64,000 nt of DNA from Candidatus Azotimanducaceae bacterium (GTDB lineage: Bacteria > Pseudomonadota > Gammaproteobacteria > Pseudomonadales > Azotimanducaceae): NCBI GenBank assembly GCA_965200505.1, contig OZ241343.1:841302-905301 (forward strand). Reading direction: 5' to 3'. Positions 10,801 through 17,709 of this stretch are shown here, piece by piece; position 1 is the first letter of the stretch; every line of letters starts with the position of its first letter. The notes beneath the pieces were generated by a model. It made no database searches. It was given only the letters and a program-made list of their open reading frames with translations, and was not told where the DNA came from. Both the position numbers and the translations under genes were made by a program.

Positions 10801-11168
10801 TCGCCACCGTCGCCGGCGAGCCGCTGACGCTCTACAAGGTTCCGCCGCGGGCCACGGCGCTGCCGGAGCAGGCGCTGGACGGCGACGCGCTGCGGCTTCC
10901 CCTGGCGGAGCGCTTCAACGCGGCGCCGGGCGAGGCGTTCACCTACGCGGCCCAGTCCTCCGACCCATCGGTGGCGAGCGTCCGCGTCGAGGCCGGCGTG
11001 CTGGTGGTGGAGGCCGAGGGCGACGGCGTGGCCACCGTGACGGTGACGGCCACCGACGCCCACGGGCAGATGGGCACGCTCGCGTTCACGGTGCGGGCGA
11101 CGCTCCCCATGCGCGGCGGCCTGCGCGGCTGGCGCCTGATCCTCGTCGAGGGGCCGCCCGACGCCTAA
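4833..11168 (+). CDS. Giant (2,111 aa) secreted multi-domain surface/adhesin-like protein: GLUG-type region, six Ig-like (He_PIG-like) repeats, Calx-beta-like module, leucine-rich repeats, Big-like domains
   Basis: Track ORF 4683-11168 trimmed to ATG 4833, giving the signal peptide MAALSRFLARGLLALAALCAGAPALAQS. Contains GGLAG/GGLVA GLUG-like motifs with DTDGDG Ca-binding-like loops, and 6 x ~107-aa repeats (SFGSGSV...VPAASGGNGTITY...GLVFDATG...CGTP...TLTFTVTV). Also a DDDDVEP Calx-beta-like signature and an LRR block (LxxLxLxxNxLxxLP). Confidence 0.9.
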   Translation: MAALSRFLARGLLALAALCAGAPALAQSAAITASSPATLNQGNLRGATVSVTLTSATYQSTVAASHFTLTTTIPGLTVHSVGLNTGSTVATLRLHYDGSDFNTAATIAVTVAAAGTSHNSALTTSTQAVGLARWVNVSAKAVALTEGGTGTYTVALESPPTGNVTVTVTSDHTAAVTRSPNTLTFTTTTWSTPQTVTLTAVADNTDTVDEVALVTNVATGGGYADNATANRTVRATVKDDDSRTGTDYDTDDDGLIEISNHAQLNAVQWDLDGNGSSLNSGYSTGGTSAFPSPAAGMGCPDTSDSNQTGNCTGYELMADIDLDTDGDGMADSGDAYWRSGKGWDPLGDQAKKTSSPFTATLRGNGHSISNLYSRDEFPSTGAGFGFFATIRFARIESLALLDVDIGDGSGSGSPGDLAGTLAASIESSTLAGVYVTGSVTPHSTGTTPTGGLAGNCGGATIQNTYTNVAIGYGYNVAGFIGESTNATDSQSGAGDNMTFGACEIYNSFAVGSVSGSGTRSSTRVSSDGGLVAEPPQPSTTYITSRDAYWDTQTTGKSSSSGSPNSDGKTTAQLKGPTAATGIFAFWDDYDTDGDGRVDADDAAWDFGTSTEYPVLTWGGHTAVGQLGRVANTAPSFGMGSVTAQTFAINTPITEFVVPAATGGEGTITYTASNLPDGLVFDATGTDTPGCTGSEAREICGTPTTATTAQTVTITAQDGDTDRTATDRATLTFDVTVNAPPSFGSGSVTDKTYIAASPIMEFQVPAASGGNGTITYTESGLPTGLIFDATGTDSGGCPGNQAREVCGTPTTAASAVTVTITADDADSDMTSGDRATLTFMVTVAANLVPSFGSGSVTAKTYVAGQAITAFTVPAASGGNGAIDYAASNLPDGLVFDATGSDSPGCPGSQARRVCGTPTTAAAAATVTITAQDGDANMGAGDRGLLTFSVTVETDTAPNFGSGSVNNRIVGVNAAIAEFQVPAATGGNGTITYTASGLPTGLVFDATGSDTPGCTGTEAREICGTPTVLGGPTTVTITARDSDANTMNTDRDTLTFTITVSSDAPPSFGSGSVPEKAFILNAAITDFVVPAASGGNGTITYVASGLPTGLVFDATGTDSGGCSGTEAREICGTPSVAGTGTITITADDGDTNMAPGDRATLSFAYSVAADTAPTFSGSVTAKTYPAGQAITDFVVPAASGGNGTLSYAASNLPSGLVFDATGTDTPGCAGTEAREVCGTPDAATAGAVTVTITATDLDTNMLGTDSATLTFTVTVNAGASLASSPSPLTEANLNGAGLTVTLVGATYGSGVSASSFQLVTAPTIAGLSIGSVSGGASGSTTATLALATGTGYGFNAASTVAVTVLAAAHSGPSNLTTGTLPVTPTPPSVLVSRRSLSLNEDPGAGAANRSTYTLVLSEAPTGCTGGVGVSVSGGNPDLTVDPTALAFSTTTWNAPQTVTVTAGQDDDSETESVTLRHSISTACAAAGYPATLAIPSVQVTVADDDAPPLPNEPPVAAGSVDDIDLALGATARVPLAGLFTDEEPELLTYAVSSSNPAVVAARLAWPAVAVEGVGHGGATVTVTATDPEGLSASLGFEVRSGVTVSFAADASAPEGGTIRLTLTASRPVPAALAVPYLLAAGPDPADAADSSDRGGGAGGTATFAAGATRAEITVSILDDDDVEPLREHFIATLAEPAADAGYGLGLKAEATATIDEGVCDRDPAVRDELRRARPCEAVADLSRWTSLRLRDAGLERLRGEDLLQLSNLLLLDVSNNRLAAFPAAALTALPNLWSLQLRGNRIASLPAGLKHPALRLLDVSGNRLTALPANTLSGLTGLRRLHLSGNALAALPGGAFAGLGSLRALRLDGNALQTLPAGLFAGLGALEELRLHGNPGAPFMLAVGLTRTDADPWMPGPAMVAARVAEGAPFTLRAALAGGPAGEASVPAGATQGEPVEVADGGAPLTLTARPEPVPDDRCEQGLVDVPCFSGFATVAGEPLTLYKVPPRATALPEQALDGDALRLPLAERFNAAPGEAFTYAAQSSDPSVASVRVEAGVLVVEAEGDGVATVTVTATDAHGQMGTLAFTVRATLPMRGGLRGWRLILVEGPPDA
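6729..8660 (+). repeat. Six in-frame tandem coding repeats of 315-327 bp inside the giant gene
   Basis: Repeat starts read at 6729, 7044, 7371, 7695, 8016 and 8340. Units are diverged (not identical), each encoding one Ig-like module. Confidence 0.9.
10105..10515 (+). other. Leucine-rich-repeat (LRR) coding block within the giant gene
   Basis: LSNLLLLDVSNNRLAAFPAAALTALPNLWSLQLRGNRIASLPAGLKHPALRLLDVSGNRLTALPANTLSGLTGLRRLHLSGNALAALPGGAFAGLGSLRALRLDGNALQTLPAGLFAGLGALEELRLHGNP. Confidence 0.85.
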
Positions 11169-11204
11169 CTCCGCACGGAGCCGACGAAGGGCGATCGCTT
11201 GGCT

Positions 11205-11228
11205 GGGGCGGCGCAGTGCCGCCGCCCT
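11205..11228. terminator. GC-rich hairpin between convergent genes (possible bidirectional terminator)
   Basis: GGGCGGCG-cagtgc-CGCCGCCC, an 8-bp stem between the giant-gene stop (11168) and the SDR stop (11232). There is no clear U-tract. Confidence 0.35.
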
Positions 11229-11231
11229 AGC

Positions 11232-11960
11232 TCACCAATTCTCCAGCGAGGTGCGCACGTCCACCTCGAAGGACCACGCGTTGCGTGGCTGGTCGTAGAG
11301 GTACTCGTAGGCATCGACGATGCCTTGGATGTTAATCATCCCCGCTTCGCCCAGCTTCTCCGCGTACTGGGGGAAGCCCTTCTTGATCTTCTCGCCGCCG
11401 ATGGGGCCGTCGATCACGACGTGGCCCACATGGATGCCGTCCTGCGCGTATTCCTTGGCCATCGCTTGGGCCAGATTGCGCAGCGCGCCCTTGGACGCAT
11501 TGAAGGCGCCGAAGTTGGCGCGGCCGCGCAACGACGCGCTGGCGCCGGTGAAGAGCAGCGTGCCGCCCTCGCCCTGCGCCTGCATCCGGCGCACCGCCTC
11601 GCGCCCGAACAGAAAGCCGCCGAACGTGCCGACGCGCCACGCCCGCTCGAAGTAGCCCGCCTCCATATCGATGATGCGGCCGGGGGTGTTGTTGCCGGCG
11701 TTGTAGATGGCGAGGGCCAAGTCGCCCTCGGCGCTGGCGGCGGCGTCGAAGAGCGCCTGCACTTGGGCCTCGTCCGTGGTGTCCGTCGGCACCGCGGTGG
11801 CGCCGTGGCCGATCTTCTCCGCCAACGCCGTGAGGGCGTCCCCGGAGCGCCCCGCCATGAACACCCGATGCCCGCGCCCGGCGAACCGGGCGCAGAGTTG
11901 GGCGCCCAAGCCATCCTCCGGCCCCACGCCGATGACGATGGCGAGCTTTGTGTCAGACAT
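11232..11960 (-). CDS. Short-chain dehydrogenase/reductase (SDR)
   Basis: 242 aa. N-terminal Rossmann segment AIVIGVGPEDGLGAQL, NAG motif (IYNAGNN), and FNASKGALRNL containing the SDR YxxxK-equivalent region. Confidence 0.85.
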   Translation of the reverse strand: MSDTKLAIVIGVGPEDGLGAQLCARFAGRGHRVFMAGRSGDALTALAEKIGHGATAVPTDTTDEAQVQALFDAAASAEGDLALAIYNAGNNTPGRIIDMEAGYFERAWRVGTFGGFLFGREAVRRMQAQGEGGTLLFTGASASLRGRANFGAFNASKGALRNLAQAMAKEYAQDGIHVGHVVIDGPIGGEKIKKGFPQYAEKLGEAGMINIQGIVDAYEYLYDQPRNAWSFEVDVRTSLENW

Positions 11961-11971
11961 GGCTCGGCTCC

Positions 11972-12898
11972 TTATGCATCAAACGCCGCGCGAAGCGCCG
12001 CGCACACCTTTTCCATTCCCGGCCGCGCCGCCGGCACCACCGCGCCGTGGGAGAAGAACCCGTGTATCAACCCGTCCAGCCGTTCGCATTGCACCCGATT
12101 GCCGGCGGCTTCAAGGCGGGCGGCGTAGGCTTCGCCCTCGTCCCGCAACGGGTCGAACTCCGCGGTGAGCACCAAAGCCGGGGGCAGGTCGGATAGATCA
12201 TCGGCCCGCGCCGGCGAAGCGTAGGGGTTGGCGCGTTCGGCCGCGTCCGCGTATTGATCCCAGAACCAGTGCATGGCCTCGGTGGTCAACATGTAGCCAT
12301 CGGCGTTGTCGCGGTAGGAAGGGGTGTCGAAGGTCACGCCGTCCGTCACCGGATAGACCAACACCTGCAAGTCGATGGCGGGGCCGCGCCGGTCCCGCGC
12401 CATCAACGCCACCACCGCGGCGAGGTTGCCGCCGGCGCTGTCGCCCACCACCGCGAAGCGTTCCGGGTCGCCATGCAGCGATGCCGCGTTCTCCCGCGCC
12501 CAGCAGGTGGCGGCGTAGCAATCTTCCGCGGCGGCCGGGAACCGATGCTCCGGCGCCAGCCGGTAATCCACGGATACCACCACGCAACCCGCGCCGTCGC
12601 GGACCCCGCGGCATTGGCCGTCCGCGGTGTCGAGATCGCCGATTACCCAGCCGCCGCCGTGGAACATCATCGCAATGGGGAACGGCCCGTCGCCGGCCGG
12701 CGAGTAGATGCGCAGCCCCAGCTCGCCGGCCGGGCCCGGAATCGACACGTTCCGCACACCTTCGCCGAGCTCGGCCGGTGCCGGCTGCATGGCGCGGAAC
12801 ATTTCCCGCGCCGCCGCCGGTTCCATCTCGATGAGGTTCGGCCCGCCCGCCTCGGCAAGTTGCCGCAGCATGGCCTCGTAGTCCGGATGCAATGGCAT
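11972..12898 (-). CDS. Alpha/beta hydrolase, hormone-sensitive-lipase-like esterase
   Basis: Track ORF 11972-13243 trimmed to ATG 12898 (MPLHPDYEAML...); the longer form would overlap clpP. HGGGW oxyanion motif, DYRLAPEH, and nucleophile elbow GDSAGG. Confidence 0.85.
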   Translation of the reverse strand: MPLHPDYEAMLRQLAEAGGPNLIEMEPAAAREMFRAMQPAPAELGEGVRNVSIPGPAGELGLRIYSPAGDGPFPIAMMFHGGGWVIGDLDTADGQCRGVRDGAGCVVVSVDYRLAPEHRFPAAAEDCYAATCWARENAASLHGDPERFAVVGDSAGGNLAAVVALMARDRRGPAIDLQVLVYPVTDGVTFDTPSYRDNADGYMLTTEAMHWFWDQYADAAERANPYASPARADDLSDLPPALVLTAEFDPLRDEGEAYAARLEAAGNRVQCERLDGLIHGFFSHGAVVPAARPGMEKVCAALRAAFDA

Positions 12899-13007
12899 GG
12901 CTTCTCCTCGTCGCTTGTTCTCGTCTCGCCGGGGCGATGGCCGTGGCGCCAAGTCTCGACCAACCACGGCATGGTAGCATTGCCGGCTTTCCCCGGATGA
13001 GTTGCCA

Positions 13008-13604
13008 ATGCCGCGAAACGATGGCGTTGAGGAAGCCGCGCAAGCGGCGAAGCAGTTCGCCTTCCTCGACAACACGCTGCTCAAGCACCGCACCCTGACG
13101 ATCTTCGGCGAGATCGACAAGGCCATGGCGCAACGCGCCGCGGAACGCCTGTTGGCGCTCTCCTTCGAGGACGACACGCCGATCACGGTGTTCATCAGTT
13201 CGCCCGGCGGCCATGTCGAATCCGGCGACACCATCTTCGACATGATCCGCTACGTGCAGCCGGTGGTGCGCACCGTCGGCACCGGCTGGGTGGGCAGCAT
13301 CGCCACCCACATCTACCTCGCGGCGGAGCGTGAGCACCGCTTCGCCCTGCCCAACACCCGCTTCCTCATCCATCAGCCGGCCGGTGGCTTCGGCGGCGAC
13401 GCCTCAGACATCGAAATCCATGCCCGCGAGATTCTGAAGACCCGCGAGCGCATCAACCGCGTGATCGCGGAACGCACCGGCCAGCCCTTGGAGCGCGTCA
13501 ACGCGGACACGGACCGCGACCACTGGATGAGCGCCGAGGAATCCGTGGAGTACGGCTTGGTCGGGCGCATCATCGAAACCGCGGACGAGCTCAAGCCATC
13601 CTGA
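13008..13604 (+). CDS. clpP: ATP-dependent Clp protease proteolytic subunit paralog
   Basis: ISSPGGHVESGDTIFDMIRY..., catalytic Ser context GWVGSIATH, His in FLIHQP, Asp in DTDRDHWMSA. The track start is TTG 13002 and the first ATG is 13008. No clpX is adjacent. Confidence 0.85.
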   Translation: MPRNDGVEEAAQAAKQFAFLDNTLLKHRTLTIFGEIDKAMAQRAAERLLALSFEDDTPITVFISSPGGHVESGDTIFDMIRYVQPVVRTVGTGWVGSIATHIYLAAEREHRFALPNTRFLIHQPAGGFGGDASDIEIHAREILKTRERINRVIAERTGQPLERVNADTDRDHWMSAEESVEYGLVGRIIETADELKPS

Positions 13605-13612
13605 CCGGGCGT

Positions 13613-14323
13613 TTGGGCCGCGACGTGGAAACCACGGAACACGCCATTCCCCTTGCCCAAGCGCCGGTGGCCCGGGTGAGCGCCTTGCATCTCGGTGCGC
13701 CGGCGGCAGTGGCCACGCTGGTGTTCGGCCACGGCGCCGGCGCGGACATGCGGCACCCGAACATGGAGGCCATCGCCCAAGCGTTCGCGGCGGTGGGCAT
13801 CAGCACCCTGCGCTTCAACTTTCCCTTCAAGGAAGCGAAGAAGTCCCGCGTGGACACGAAGCCCGTCGCCATCGCCACCATCGAGGCGGCCCTCGATTTC
13901 GCGCGGGGGCGTTTTGTGGGGCCGCTGTTCTTGGGCGGGCACAGCTTCGGCGGGCGCATGGCCACCCACGCGGTGGCGGAGCGGCCATTGGACGTGGCCG
14001 GGCTCATCTTGGGGTCGTTTCCATTGCATCCGGCGGGCCGCCTGAGCGTGGACCGCGCCGCCCACTTGGACGCCGTGCGGCAGCCGTTGCTGTTTTTGTC
14101 CGGCACCCGCGACGCCTTGGCGGATGCCACGTTGCTCAAGGAAGTGGTCGAGCGGGTCGGCGGCACGTTGGCTTGGCTGGACGACGGCGACCACGGCTAC
14201 AAGACGCGCAAACGCACCCGCACGCGCACTGACGACATCTTCACGGAGATGGCCGGCCACGCGCACCATTTCGTTCTGAACACACAGCACCCGCACCAGC
14301 GCGGGGCTGCATCCGCAGCATAA
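13613..14323 (+). CDS. Alpha/beta family hydrolase (KANL3/Tex30-like, dienelactone-hydrolase-like)
   Basis: VFGHGAGADMRHPNM...LRFNFPF...GGHSFGGRMATH...FLSGTRD pattern typical of this small hydrolase family. Start is non-ATG (TTG 13613 or GTG 13625). Confidence 0.7.
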   Translation: MGRDVETTEHAIPLAQAPVARVSALHLGAPAAVATLVFGHGAGADMRHPNMEAIAQAFAAVGISTLRFNFPFKEAKKSRVDTKPVAIATIEAALDFARGRFVGPLFLGGHSFGGRMATHAVAERPLDVAGLILGSFPLHPAGRLSVDRAAHLDAVRQPLLFLSGTRDALADATLLKEVVERVGGTLAWLDDGDHGYKTRKRTRTRTDDIFTEMAGHAHHFVLNTQHPHQRGAASAA

Positions 14324-14335
14324 GGAGACAACCCA

Positions 14336-15211
14336 ATGAAACTCGCCACCTTCAGCCACGGCGGACGGGAACGCATCGGCGTGGTCGTCGGCGAGCTGGT
14401 CATTGATCTCAGCGCCGCGGCGCCTGAGCTGCCAACGGACATGACGGCCTTCCTCGCCGCCGGCGATGCGGCAATGGCGCGGGCCCGCGCTTGCCAGACC
14501 GACACCGATCACTCGCTCGGCATCAACGAAGTGGAACTCCAGGCGCCGGTGCCGCGCCCCGGCAAGATCCTCGCCATCGGCCTCAACTACCGGGATCACA
14601 TCGAGGAGACCGGCATGGAAGCGCCGAAGACGCAGGTGTGGTTCAACAAGCAGGTGACGGCGGTGAACCCGCCCTTCGCGCCCATCGCCAAGCCGGCGGT
14701 GTCGGACGCGCTGGATTACGAAGCCGAGCTGGTTTACGTGGTGGGCAAACGCGCCAAGCACGTGCCGAAGGAACGCGCCGCCGAAGTGATCGCCGGCTTC
14801 TGCTGTGGCAATGACGTGAGCGTGCGGGATTGGCAGCGGGCCGCGCCGACCATGCAGATCGGCAAGTCCTTCGACACCCACGCGCCGTTCGGCCCGTGGC
14901 TGGTGACGCCGGATGAAGTGGGGGACGCGCACACGCTCGATCTGCGCTGCTTCGTGAACGGCGACAAGCGGCAGGAATCCAACACGAAGCACTTGGTGTT
15001 CGACTGCTTCGACCAAATCGCCCACCTCACCAAGGCGTGTACGCTGCTGCCGGGCGACGTCATCTTCACCGGCACCCCGTCCGGCGTTGCCGCGGCGATG
15101 CGGCCGCCACCGTGGCTGAAGGCCGGTGACACGGTGCGCGTGGAGATCGACGGCTTGGGCCACATCGAGAGCGAAGTGGTGGCGGAGGAAGCGCGAACGG
15201 CCATCGGCTGA
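14336..15211 (+). CDS. Fumarylacetoacetate hydrolase (FAH) family protein
   Basis: 291 aa: GKILAIGLNYRDHIEE, YEAELVYVVGKRAKHV, FTGTPSGV. A good SD (AAGGAGA) lies upstream of the ATG. Confidence 0.88.
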   Translation: MKLATFSHGGRERIGVVVGELVIDLSAAAPELPTDMTAFLAAGDAAMARARACQTDTDHSLGINEVELQAPVPRPGKILAIGLNYRDHIEETGMEAPKTQVWFNKQVTAVNPPFAPIAKPAVSDALDYEAELVYVVGKRAKHVPKERAAEVIAGFCCGNDVSVRDWQRAAPTMQIGKSFDTHAPFGPWLVTPDEVGDAHTLDLRCFVNGDKRQESNTKHLVFDCFDQIAHLTKACTLLPGDVIFTGTPSGVAAAMRPPPWLKAGDTVRVEIDGLGHIESEVVAEEARTAIG

Positions 15212-15254
15212 GGCCGCGCTCGCGGCCGGCAGACCTTGAGCCCGTCGCGCCGGA

Positions 15255-15623
15255 TCAGCTGAATCGATCCAGCGCGACCAACGCCCAGGTCGTCCCCCAC
15301 ACGACCAAGCTGACGAACACCGCCGCGGAACCCATGTCCTTGGCGCGGCCGGCGAGTTCGTGATGCGCCTCGCCCACGCGATCCACCACTGCCTCCACCG
15401 CCGAGTTCAGCAGCTCGGTGAGCGGCACCAGCCCGGTGACGGCGATCAGCAGCGCGGCTTGGCTCCATGTTTCGCCGAGCAGCACGGCGCAAGGCACTAG
15501 CACCAGCGCCGCCACGCACTCCTGCCGAAAGGCGGACTCAAAGCGCCACGCCGCCCGCAAGCCCTGCATGGAATGACGGGTCGCCGGCGCCAAGCGCTTG
15601 AACCCTTGGTGGCCGGGCTTCAT
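15255..15623 (-). CDS. dgkA: Diacylglycerol kinase
   Basis: Trimmed to ATG 15623 (MKPGHQGFKRLAPATRHSMQGLRAAWRFESAFRQE...ELLNSAVEAVVDRVG...AKDMGSAAV), the classic 3-TM DgkA pattern. Confidence 0.88.
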   Translation of the reverse strand: MKPGHQGFKRLAPATRHSMQGLRAAWRFESAFRQECVAALVLVPCAVLLGETWSQAALLIAVTGLVPLTELLNSAVEAVVDRVGEAHHELAGRAKDMGSAAVFVSLVVWGTTWALVALDRFS

Positions 15624-15659
15624 CGCGCCGCCCCAGCCATTGCCGGGCCGCGCCAACGC

Positions 15660-16994
15660 TCAGCGAAAGTACACAAAGCGCAGGAACCCCCGCGTTCCCC
15701 CGCCGCTGGTGATGCCCGGCGCCACCGGCGCGCCGCCGAACTCCTCGCCGGCGTCGCCCAACGCGGTGGTGAAGCCCGCCTGCAGGCGCGTGAAATCCGA
15801 GGGTTCGTAGTTCACCGATGTTTGCAGCAGGTTTGAGCCGTCGTTCAGGTTGGAGATGACGGTGAGCGACTGGCTGAGCAATGGATGCCATTGCAGGGTG
15901 GCGCCGAAGGCCAAATAGTCGCGCTGCAGGTTGAATAGCTCGCCGCGCCCGAGGCGTTCGAGCAACGGCACCGGCAAGTCGCCTTGCCACGCCGGCAATT
16001 CGGCCACGCCGAAGCCATTGTGGAAGTATTCGAGGAAGGCGAAGGCCGAGCGCCCGAACAGGTCGAACGCCAAGTCGATGTTGGCGATGCCGGACACGCG
16101 CCAAGTGTCGTCGCCATCGAGCCGTGTGCCCGTCACGTCGGTGCGCAACACGGTGGGGCCCAACGGCAGCCGCAAGGTGAGGCCCAGGAAGTCGTCCGCG
16201 TAGTGGCGCGCCGCCACCGCCTCCACTTCGGCGCCGCCAAACAGGGCGTGCCATTTCAGGGCATAGCTCGCCACGTCGTCTTCAATGTCCCCGGCGTGGT
16301 CACGCCGGGCCACGTAGAGGAACTGCAGGTCGTGGTTGCCGAAGCGCCGCTCGACGAGGGCGATGTCGTCGCCGGGCTTGTAGTCCCGGTCGATGGTGGT
16401 GGGGGCGAAGGGATTGAACAAATCCATCGGCTGAAAGACGCGCCCGCTGCCCCAACTCACCACTTGCCGACCCAGCGTGACGGACAAGTTCGGGCGCCGG
16501 TACTCCACGGCAAAGCGATCCAAGCGATGCACGGCGCGATGGCGGCGGCCATCGTCGATGACCCAGGTGAGGTTCATCAGGCGCCGCGCGTCTTCCGTGG
16601 GGATTTGCTCCAAGGTCTGTTGCGGCGCGTTGGCGAAGGCGAACGAATCCCCGGACAGCCACGCGAGGGAATAGTCCGCGATGAAGCGCAACTGGCTGTC
16701 GCGGCTGCCGGCGCCGCCGGCCTCGGCGCGGGCCAGCACACGCAGGCTGCCGCTGTGATCGTAGGCGGGGGTGCCATCCTGGCGGCGCAGCACATCCTCC
16801 GCCGGCAGGCTCGCACCGGAGGTGAGCCACTTCAGCCGCGCCTTGATCTCGGGGCCGGCGGCCAGCGCCGGCAGGTTGGCGGCGGCGCAGAGGATTGCCG
16901 CGCCCGCCCAACCGGGCAGATGGCGCCATCGGCGCCGGGCTGGCGCGAGCCGCCGCACCCCACACCCGGCAGAGCGCCCGCGGCGCATGGTCAT
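15660..16994 (-). CDS. Putative outer-membrane beta-barrel protein of unknown family (last gene of the ABC/LolA-like operon)
   Basis: 444 aa with an Arg-rich N-terminus and hydrophobic signal (AAILCAAANLPALAAGP). Alternating beta-strand-like Y/F/W-rich sequence throughout, with an aromatic-rich C-terminus. Its start overlaps the ATPase stop (ATGA), suggesting translational coupling. Confidence 0.6.
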   Translation of the reverse strand: MTMRRGRSAGCGVRRLAPARRRWRHLPGWAGAAILCAAANLPALAAGPEIKARLKWLTSGASLPAEDVLRRQDGTPAYDHSGSLRVLARAEAGGAGSRDSQLRFIADYSLAWLSGDSFAFANAPQQTLEQIPTEDARRLMNLTWVIDDGRRHRAVHRLDRFAVEYRRPNLSVTLGRQVVSWGSGRVFQPMDLFNPFAPTTIDRDYKPGDDIALVERRFGNHDLQFLYVARRDHAGDIEDDVASYALKWHALFGGAEVEAVAARHYADDFLGLTLRLPLGPTVLRTDVTGTRLDGDDTWRVSGIANIDLAFDLFGRSAFAFLEYFHNGFGVAELPAWQGDLPVPLLERLGRGELFNLQRDYLAFGATLQWHPLLSQSLTVISNLNDGSNLLQTSVNYEPSDFTRLQAGFTTALGDAGEEFGGAPVAPGITSGGGTRGFLRFVYFR

Positions 16995-17689
16995 GCCCCC
17001 GGCGAGGACTCGTCTTGCTCTATCGCGCCGTCGCGCAAGCGCACCCGGCGCTTGGCGTAATCCATCACCATCGGGTCGTGGGTGGCCGTGACGATGGTGA
17101 CGCCGTGCTGCTCATTGACGTTGCGCAACAGTTCCAGCAGGTCTTGCGTGGTGCTCGAGTCCAGATTGGCGCTCGGTTCGTCCGCCAGCAAGAGCACCGG
17201 CTCCGTCACCACCGCGCGCGCCACCGCGACGCGCTGCTGCTGGCCACCGGAGAGCTCGCTCGGGTGCCGGTCGCCAATGTCGTCCAAGCCCAACCGCTTG
17301 AGCGTCTCGCGCGCCCGCTCTTGGCGTTCCGCCGCGCCCACGCCTTGCAGTTGCATGATGAACTCCACGTTCTCCACCGCGGAGAGCACCGGAATCAAGT
17401 TGTAGGCTTGGAAGACGAAGCCGATCTTGTTGAGGCGCAGGTCGGAGAGCTGGGATTCGGACAATTCGCCCAGCGCCTGCCCATCCACGTTGACATCGCC
17501 GGTGGTGGGGCGGTCCAGCCCGCCGATGACATGCAGCAGGGTGGATTTGCCGGAACCGGACGGCCCGGCGAGGCTCGTCCACTCCCCGCGCCGCACGCTG
17601 AAATCCACGCCGCGCAAGGCATGCACCGGCACCGCGTCGTCTGCGTAAACCCGCGTGACGCCCTCGCAACTCACCACCAGATCAGACAC
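16991..17689 (-). CDS. ABC transporter ATP-binding protein (MacB/LolD type)
   Basis: Walker A GPSGSGKST, Q-loop, signature LSGGQQQRVAVARA, Walker B LLLADEPSANLD, H-loop ATHD. GTG start with an AGGGAGAG SD. Confidence 0.92.
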   Translation of the reverse strand: MSDLVVSCEGVTRVYADDAVPVHALRGVDFSVRRGEWTSLAGPSGSGKSTLLHVIGGLDRPTTGDVNVDGQALGELSESQLSDLRLNKIGFVFQAYNLIPVLSAVENVEFIMQLQGVGAAERQERARETLKRLGLDDIGDRHPSELSGGQQQRVAVARAVVTEPVLLLADEPSANLDSSTTQDLLELLRNVNEQHGVTIVTATHDPMVMDYAKRRVRLRDGAIEQDESSPGA

Positions 17690-17709
17690 GTGCTCTCCCT
17701 ATGGCCGGC

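Noticed and set aside
7568..11230. 1,220-aa plus-strand ORF in an alternative frame of the giant gene
   Set aside because: The reasoning is the same: an RGH-rich nonsense-like sequence overlapping a well-supported frame.
2861..11230. tRNA-Leu as the integration site of an island carrying the ASST-like and giant adhesin genes
   Set aside because: I found no direct repeat of the tRNA 3' end downstream and no integrase. The composition of the region looks like the flanks.
13373..15163. 596-aa minus-strand ORF
   Set aside because: It spans the opposite strand of three independent, motif-supported plus-strand genes (the clpP end, the alpha/beta hydrolase and FAH). A real gene would not be expected to overlap all three.
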